The position numbers were made by a program, and so were the translations under genes. 58,059 bases of DNA. Source: a virus (Duplodnaviria; Caudoviricetes). Below are positions 52,820 through 58,059 of the stretch, piece after piece (positions within the stretch are counted from its first letter, which is position 1; each line of letters starts with the position of its first letter). The stretch covers positions 1-58,059 of the IMG/VR virus record IMGVR_UViG_3300033076_000920; one strand, given 5' to 3'. Under the pieces are notes generated by a model. That model worked only from the letters and a program-made list of their open reading frames with translations. It searched no databases and had not been told where the DNA came from.

Positions 52820-53038
52820 TCAGTCTGCTACCACAAGACGCTGCCATTCGGGCAGTTGGTCCTCGTCGATGATGGCCACGAGGTTCCCGGCCTCGGCCAC
52901 GTACTGTCTGCCCTGCTCGCGCTCGCGGATCTCGGTGATAGAGAACACGAGCGCGGTGTAGTGCCGTGGTGCTGGTGGCTCCCACGTCTTGCGCCGGATG
53001 AGGTCGCCCAGCTCGAGCAGTCTCGCCGCATCAATCAT
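52820..53038 (-). CDS. Small hypothetical protein
   Basis: ATGA overlap with the upstream gene. Confidence 0.55.
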   Translation of the reverse strand: MIDAARLLELGDLIRRKTWEPPAPRHYTALVFSITEIREREQGRQYVAEAGNLVAIIDEDQLPEWQRLVVAD

Positions 53039-53754
53039 GGCTTCGCGCCCTCTACCACTGCGCCCTCCAGTCTTGCGAGCGCAGAGCGCACGTCGCGCAG
53101 TGCCTCGGTTCGCTCATCGTGCGGCCACTCGTCGAGCGCGGCAAGCGCCTCGAGCAGCACGTGCCGGTGCACCCTGCGACGGCTCATGTCGTCGGTCTTG
53201 CCCCATGCGTCGGCGACCTCGGGCGGCAGGCCTGGCGGCGCGGCGTGCGTGACCTCGACCTTCTGCGCGGCGTTGGCGCCCACGAGCGGGGCCCATGCGC
53301 CCGTGACCACTGCGATGGCTTTGGCCTTGGCCGTAGGTGCCTCGTCGCTGTCGCGCACCTCCTGCACGCTCTCCTCAAGCGCGGTGGCCAGGCGGTCTCG
53401 CACGTAGCTCGGGTCTTGCGCTCGCACGCGACGCCATGCCTCTGCGGCCAGGCTTTCCATGGCATGGTCGGTGAGACCCCAGCGCGCGCCGAGCTCTACG
53501 CCGGTGCGACCACGCACCCACGAGTGAGGCATCATGGCCATGATGGCGCGCACGCGATCCTCGCGCGTCGGCGGGCATTCGTCGGTCACCTGCGTGTTGC
53601 CGTTGGGGCTCGTGGGCCCGATCGGCGCGTCGAACATGGCGGCGATGTGCTCCGGCTCGACCTCGGCAGCCGCGCGCGCGCGCGACCCTACAGCGGGCGT
53701 CGAAGATTTCTTCCCACCTATTTTCCTCTGTTCTTTCGAGTGTTTAGATGCCAC
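53035..53754 (-). CDS. Possible terminase small subunit
   Basis: HTH-like segment, helical oligomerisation region and G..A..KVEVT tail as in many TerS proteins. Confidence 0.4.
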   Translation of the reverse strand: MASKHSKEQRKIGGKKSSTPAVGSRARAAAEVEPEHIAAMFDAPIGPTSPNGNTQVTDECPPTREDRVRAIMAMMPHSWVRGRTGVELGARWGLTDHAMESLAAEAWRRVRAQDPSYVRDRLATALEESVQEVRDSDEAPTAKAKAIAVVTGAWAPLVGANAAQKVEVTHAAPPGLPPEVADAWGKTDDMSRRRVHRHVLLEALAALDEWPHDERTEALRDVRSALARLEGAVVEGAKP

Positions 53755-53859
53755 TAGTTGATGTCCCTTCTAGCTGGTCAATCACTTACCATCTTGACAC
53801 GATGCCCGAAACGGGGCGAGGCTACGCGCGCGGTCTCTGGTGGCGCTGTCTCCCACCTC

Positions 53860-55239
53860 TCAGTGCTGGTCGTCGAGATTGTCGAAGCGCGTGGAGTGCC
53901 CGGTCCAGCGCAGTGGCACCTTGCCGGTGCTCCCTGCACGGTGCTTAGCGACGATGACCTCGGCCATGTGGGTCTTGGGCTTTTCGTCGCCGGTCGAGTA
54001 GTAGTCCTCGCGATAGATGAAGATCACGTTGTCGGCGTCCTGCTCGATAGCGCCGGATTCGCGGAGGTCGGAGAGGAGCGGGCGCTTGTCGGCTCGGGAC
54101 TCGACGGAGCGCGAGAGCTGGGAGAGGGCGAGCACGGCGACCTGAAACTCTTTGGCGATGGCCTTGAGGTCGCGGGAGATGGAGGAGATCTCCTGCTCGC
54201 GCGAGTCGCCGCGGCCTGTGACGAGCTGCAGGTAGTCGACTACGACAAGGCCGAGCTCGCGGCCTGCGGTGATGGCGTCGCGCTGCTGGCGTCGGACGCG
54301 GCTGCGGATCTCGGCGGTGGTGATGGTGCCGCGGTCGTCGATCCACAGGCGCAGCTTGGACATGTCCGAGGCGCTGGCGGCTAGCGACTGGTAGTCATGG
54401 CTGGCGCATCGCCCTACCTGCACGAGCTGGCTGTTGACGCTCGCGTCGGTGCAGTTGATGCGCAGGGCGATCTGGTCGGCTGGCATCTCGAGCGAGAACA
54501 CGAGCGTGTCGAGGCCAGCGCGGGCGCAGGCGAGGGCGTGCTGCATGGCCAGGGAGGTCTTGCCCATGCCTGGGCGAGCGGCGAGCACGGTGAGGGTGGA
54601 GGGGGCGTAGCCGCCGCTGAGCACGGTGTCGAGGTCGGTGTGGCCGGTGGCGACGCGGTTGGTGGCGCAACGGTTGTTGCGCGCGGCCTCGATCTCGCTC
54701 CAGGCGGCGTGAAGGTGAGCGGCTAGGCTGTCGTCGGTGAGCTCGGTGTTGTTGTCGGCGATCTGCGCGACGCGCTGCGCCGCGTTGGACATCCACTCGG
54801 GCACGTTGGGCACGTCGCCGTAGCCCTCCGCCACAAGGCGCTGGCACTCGAGCACAAGTAGGCGTCGGCTGTGGAGGTCGCGCACGATGCGCGCATGGTC
54901 CTCGGCGTGAGCCACTGCGGGCGTGGCGTCAAGGATCTGGATGAGGTACGCGGCGCCTCCGACCTCGTGCAGCTGGTCTTTTGCTTGCAGCCGTGAGGCA
55001 ACGGCGATGCTGTCGATGCGCTGGCGGGCCTGGTCGATCTCGAGCAGCGACTCGTAGATGCGCTGATTTGCCCACGAGAAAAACATCTCGGGCTTGGGCA
55101 GGATATGCAAGACGCTGTCAAGCCGCGCCGGATCGAGGATGATGGCCGAGAGCACCGCCGCCTCGGCGTCGAGGTCGCTCGGTGGCATGCGCCCAGCGAT
55201 GCGCAGGATCGTGGCTGGCTTCTGCTCACGAGGCTTCAC
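53860..55239 (-). CDS. dnaB: Replicative DNA helicase
   Basis: PP...AE.AVL, AARPGMGKT, FSLEM, VVDYLQL, LSQLSR..E.R..KRP.LSDLRESG.IEQDAD, KHR.G. Confidence 0.97.
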   Translation of the reverse strand: MKPREQKPATILRIAGRMPPSDLDAEAAVLSAIILDPARLDSVLHILPKPEMFFSWANQRIYESLLEIDQARQRIDSIAVASRLQAKDQLHEVGGAAYLIQILDATPAVAHAEDHARIVRDLHSRRLLVLECQRLVAEGYGDVPNVPEWMSNAAQRVAQIADNNTELTDDSLAAHLHAAWSEIEAARNNRCATNRVATGHTDLDTVLSGGYAPSTLTVLAARPGMGKTSLAMQHALACARAGLDTLVFSLEMPADQIALRINCTDASVNSQLVQVGRCASHDYQSLAASASDMSKLRLWIDDRGTITTAEIRSRVRRQQRDAITAGRELGLVVVDYLQLVTGRGDSREQEISSISRDLKAIAKEFQVAVLALSQLSRSVESRADKRPLLSDLRESGAIEQDADNVIFIYREDYYSTGDEKPKTHMAEVIVAKHRAGSTGKVPLRWTGHSTRFDNLDDQH

Positions 55240-56404
55240 TGGCTACCGCCTTGGCCGTTGCTGGGCCGCTAAGGGGGCGTGGCGAGGCTTTGTCGCCGCT
55301 CTGGGATGGCAGGGGCCACGGCATGCCCTCGGCCCATCCTGCGGCCACCATGGCGGGGAGAGGCCAAGGCTGTAGAGGGGTCCATCCGCAGGCTCGGCGA
55401 AACCGAAACATCTCCTCGGTCCGCTGGCGCTCCTCCTCCGTGAGCGTGTCGGGCACGATGCCCACGGTCTTGGTCGTGATGGGCCGCGGCTCTGCAGCTG
55501 CGAGGCCAGGCCTGCCAGTGCGAGCGGGTAGGCTCTGGGCCATGTCGGCCTCGCTGGCGCGCTGGGCAAAAGCGAGGATCGACTTGTTCGTGGTGGCGGC
55601 GTTGTACGAGCTCGCAGCCGCTAGGTCGAGCGCGCGGCGCACGGCGGCGATGACGTGCGCGGGCTTCTTGGCGTCGGCGTGGAATGCCAGCCGCTGCGCT
55701 AGCTCCTGGACGTTGGTGCCCGTGAGGCCCTGGTAGTACCGGTCGGCCTCGAGCAGCCTTCGGAGCTCTGCCTCGAGGTCGCCCGCGGCCGCCTGCCCGC
55801 CCGCCTTCTGCGCTGGTTGCGGCTCTGGCTTGGGCTCTGGCGGAGGAGCCTCGCGCGCCTGCGCACGTGCGTGCGCACGCGAAGAGGCGACGGGCGGTCG
55901 GGGTGGAGAATTTTCTTTCAGAGGGGAGAAATCGGGACGGGTCGGGTCGGGCCGGGCCGGGGAAGGCGAAGTGCGCTCGAAATTCGCCCGCGCTTCGGGG
56001 TGTGCTTCGGGGTGAACTTCGGGTGGTACTTCGGCAGAATTTCGCCCGAAATTCGACCCCTGTTCTGAATGATTCTCGACACTTGCGTTCTTCGGTCGCT
56101 TCATCCGTTCTCGCGCTCGCTCGCGCTCGGCCAGCACCTGCTTCCTCGTCGGATTGTAGTCGAGAAAATCATGGATCTCGATCGTTCCGTCTGGTTTTTT
56201 GTCGAGCAGTTGCTCTCGGATCAGCAGCTCGAGCACCCTCTTCTTGGGTCGCAGGAAGCGCATGGCCCGGTCGTCGAGCAGGCCATCGGTCAAGTGTGCG
56301 CTTGCGTAGAGGATGGCTCGAATCCAGAACGCGAACGCATCATCGGGAAGCCCCCACAGCTTCGGATGGGTCAAGGCCGAGTCGCAGAGCTTGGCCCATG
56401 CCAT
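55226..56404 (-). CDS. Phage replication initiator (lambda O-like role)
   Basis: MAW.K..D....HPK, TDG, IHD.L.YNP, R.R..RERM, PDPTRPD linker; directly upstream of dnaB. Confidence 0.78.
   Translation of the reverse strand: MAWAKLCDSALTHPKLWGLPDDAFAFWIRAILYASAHLTDGLLDDRAMRFLRPKKRVLELLIREQLLDKKPDGTIEIHDFLDYNPTRKQVLAERERARERMKRPKNASVENHSEQGSNFGRNSAEVPPEVHPEAHPEARANFERTSPSPARPDPTRPDFSPLKENSPPRPPVASSRAHARAQAREAPPPEPKPEPQPAQKAGGQAAAGDLEAELRRLLEADRYYQGLTGTNVQELAQRLAFHADAKKPAHVIAAVRRALDLAAASSYNAATTNKSILAFAQRASEADMAQSLPARTGRPGLAAAEPRPITTKTVGIVPDTLTEEERQRTEEMFRFRRACGWTPLQPWPLPAMVAAGWAEGMPWPLPSQSGDKASPRPLSGPATAKAVASEAS
55977..56055. repeat. Iteron-like 12-bp-period repeats inside the initiator gene (candidate origin)
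   Basis: GCTTCGGGGTGT/GCTTCGGGGTGA/ACTTCGGGTGGT/ACTTCGGCAGAA flanked by CGAAATTCG copies. Confidence 0.65.
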
Positions 56405-56405
56405 G

Positions 56406-56687
56406 TCACACCTCGCATCGGTAGTGAGCCGTCTCATCGTCGGGCCTGTTGGACTTGCCCCTGGTGACAGGAAGCGTTGCCAAGATGTGCTCTCGGTTCG
56501 TTTCCCACCGCGTGGCCACAAGCAGCGTGTGAGCTGGCGTGCTCATGCCAGCAAGCACCGTCATCAGGCCATGACGCGACACGCCTACAGCGTCCGCCAC
56601 CGGCTTGATTCCGCTTCGCCTGATGGCCTGGCGGATCTCGTCTGCCAAAGGTTCCGACAACTGATCTCTCTTGATGTGGTGCCGCAT
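56406..56687 (-). CDS. Cro-like HTH protein
   Basis: IR.AI...G...VA.AVGVSR..L..VLAG; ATG 7 nt after a -10 box. Confidence 0.65.
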   Translation of the reverse strand: MRHHIKRDQLSEPLADEIRQAIRRSGIKPVADAVGVSRHGLMTVLAGMSTPAHTLLVATRWETNREHILATLPVTRGKSNRPDDETAHYRCEV

Positions 56688-56694
56688 GCGTGAC

Positions 56695-56756
56695 CACCTA
56701 GCATATTCGGCACGCTCTGTCAACAGTCGCGCTAGCGCGCCGTCAACTGTCAACAG
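56695..56756 (-). promoter_or_regulatory. Probably leaderless promoter with two operator-like boxes
   Basis: TTGACA (56723-56718), 17 nt, TAGGTG; CTGTCAACAG at 56717 and 56747 flanking the palindrome GCGCTAGCGC. Confidence 0.65.
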
Positions 56757-56759
56757 TTT

Positions 56760-56909
56760 TCATGGAAGCAGGAACCACCACGCCAAGCCCCACGCGAACA
56801 CGAGCACGCCGCCGGCCAACGCCTCGGCTATCTCGGAGGCGCTAAGCGACGTGGGCTGTACGGGCTTGGCAGGCAGAGCAGAGCGGCGAACGTTGCGGCG
56901 GTTGTTCAT
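56760..56909 (-). CDS. Small membrane protein
   Basis: Start MNNRR; C-terminal TM segment; TACTGT 7 nt upstream of the ATG. Confidence 0.5.
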   Translation of the reverse strand: MNNRRNVRRSALPAKPVQPTSLSASEIAEALAGGVLVFAWGLAWWFLLP

Positions 56910-56947
56910 GCCGCCGACAGTACCTAGCCGCCCCACGCGAGGCCAAA

Positions 56948-57148
56948 TTACTCGCGGCGAATCCCGAACGTCGCGTTGAGATGCACGCGGATTTGACTCG
57001 TGGTGTAGTGCCGCACGATGCCGCCGTCGCAGAGCACGACGCACCAGACATCATTCTCCCACATGCCCGACGACTCGACGTACAGCGCGTAGCCCTCGCG
57101 CGTGCCCTCGACCACGACCGGCAACGGGCGGCGAAACTCGTGGATCAC
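56948..57148 (-). CDS. Small hypothetical phage protein
   Basis: P.PV......G.A...........W.V.L...G..........IR...N.T.G; GTGA overlap. Confidence 0.6.
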   Translation of the reverse strand: MIHEFRRPLPVVVEGTREGYALYVESSGMWENDVWCVVLCDGGIVRHYTTSQIRVHLNATFGIRRE

Positions 57149-57351
57149 AAGAGCGACCGCATGCGCTCAAGCTTCGCACGCTCGGCACGAGTTCGCCGCT
57201 GCGCCTCCTCGAGCTCCAGTCGCGCCTCGTGCTCGTCGGCTTCGGCCTGCCGCACGCGCCACTCCTGGTCGCCGCGCTCGGTGCCAACCAAGGCAAGGAC
57301 AAGCCAGGCCACGGCCACGAGCAGCGCAACGCCGATGACCACCCAGCTCAT
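57145..57351 (-). CDS. Small TM plus coiled-coil protein
   Basis: Hydrophobic N-terminus; overlaps both neighbours. Confidence 0.55.
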   Translation of the reverse strand: MSWVVIGVALLVAVAWLVLALVGTERGDQEWRVRQAEADEHEARLELEEAQRRTRAERAKLERMRSLL

Positions 57352-57746
57352 CGCAACGCCCTGAGCCGCTCAAACGCTCGCAGGTCGTCGGGGTAGCGCT
57401 CATCGATGCGCTCGTGCGCAAGAAACGCCGTGGTGTGCCGCCCGCTTGCGATGATGTGCACAAAGCCCGTAGCCATCGCAGCGCCTAGCTCGACCCATGC
57501 GCCGCGGCTGGGTAGCTCTGGCACCAAGAACCACAGCACGTCGCACTTGCGAGCCGCCGCGAGGCATCGTGCCGCGATGTCGGCTTGGCGCTCCCACGGC
57601 AGCTCGAGCTCGTGCTTTTCCGCTACGTCCATCTCGCGCACCCAGTCGAGCGCGATGCACATGCCTGGCGTGCTCGCCACGAGCTGGATGGCAGCTCGAG
57701 CGCGGTCACGCTCTGCGCTAGCTGCGGCTGTGTACACGGTGAGCAT
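57348..57746 (-). CDS. Nucleoside 2-deoxyribosyltransferase / NMP glycosidase-like protein
   Basis: VY.A, CDVL, SRGAWVELG.A.A NDT-fold motif; GGAGG RBS. Confidence 0.72.
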   Translation of the reverse strand: MLTVYTAAASAERDRARAAIQLVASTPGMCIALDWVREMDVAEKHELELPWERQADIAARCLAAARKCDVLWFLVPELPSRGAWVELGAAMATGFVHIIASGRHTTAFLAHERIDERYPDDLRAFERLRALR

Positions 57747-58059
57747 AGGACCTCCGCTGCGAGTCAGAGTCGTGTGACTTGTGCTCGGATCGCACCTCTA
57801 CGCCGTTCGTGCGTCCACTCATGCTCGCATGGTAGGCCCGCACGTTCGGGTCAGGCTTGCGCTGCAAGGCGCAGCCCTCGGGGCACTCAGCCGCGAGGGC
57901 GTTGGGGCTGGTCTTGGCCACCACGTCCACGCACGCCGCCTCGTATACGCACGACAGCCGACGCGGATCCCGCATCGATAGCTCGGCAGCGCTGTACATC
58001 GGCAACATGGGCGAGCGCGCATCTGTCTCGACGACCTTGGGCCCGTTCGACCTGTTCTC
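57718..58059 (-). CDS. 3' part (variant allele) of the junction-spanning Cys-rich protein
   Basis: ORF open through the terminal repeat and in frame with ATG 300. Confidence 0.65.
   Translation of the reverse strand, partial: ENRSNGPKVVETDARSPMLPMYSAAELSMRDPRRLSCVYEAACVDVVAKTSPNALAAECPEGCALQRKPDPNVRAYHASMSGRTNGVEVRSEHKSHDSDSQRRSYAHRVHSRS
57790..58059. repeat. Terminal direct repeat, copy 2 (matches 1-270)
   Basis: Same alignment, offset 57789. Confidence 0.95.

Larger units (their letters stand above)
1..58059. mobile_element. Apparently complete tailed bacteriophage genome with Mu-like contractile tail, circularly permuted
   Basis: Terminase, portal, capsid, sheath, tube, tape measure, baseplate, lysis, replication and recombination genes all present; the ends overlap; no host housekeeping genes flank it. 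Confidence 0.93.

Noticed and set aside
55937-55961. 5-nt periodic GGGTC/GGGCC run as a guide-RNA array
   Set aside because: Short and explained by the PARPDPTRPD linker of the replication initiator
1-58059. tRNA, rRNA, reverse transcriptase/DGR, intron or intein
   Set aside because: No cloverleaf with a T-loop consensus, YADD-type motif or splicing motif noticed by eye; tRNAscan/Infernal were not run, so short RNAs could be missed

Overview
The window reads as a complete, circularly permuted genome (about 57,789 bp unique) of a high-GC tailed phage with a Mu-like contractile tail. Bases 1-270 recur at 57790-58059 with 14 mismatches. The + strand (2.3-11.3 kb) carries RecT/Bet, a PD-(D/E)xK exonuclease, dUTPase, a DNA methyltransferase, ThyX and a block of small early-type genes. 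The - strand carries replication genes (initiator with iteron-like repeats, DnaB, SSB, RuvC-like resolvase), packaging, head, tail, baseplate and lysis genes. I found no integrase, tRNA or canonical CRISPR array. The most unusual part is 42.8-51.1 kb. An array-less type IV-B CRISPR-Cas effector operon (csf1, cas11-like, csf2, csf3, cysH-like) is followed directly by a second operon with IbrB/ParB-like, IbrA/PAPS-reductase-like, glycosyltransferase-like and possible 2OG-Fe(II)/cupin genes, which ends just upstream of the large terminase. Separately, the early region has five copies of a conserved hairpin leader (GACACCCC-N3-5-GGGAC...ACAAC...GGAG) resembling the 3' half of type III CRISPR repeats. 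Four follow promoters and one follows a type II hammerhead-ribozyme-like fold with an atypical core base. All protein calls come from motifs recognised by eye; no database search was run.
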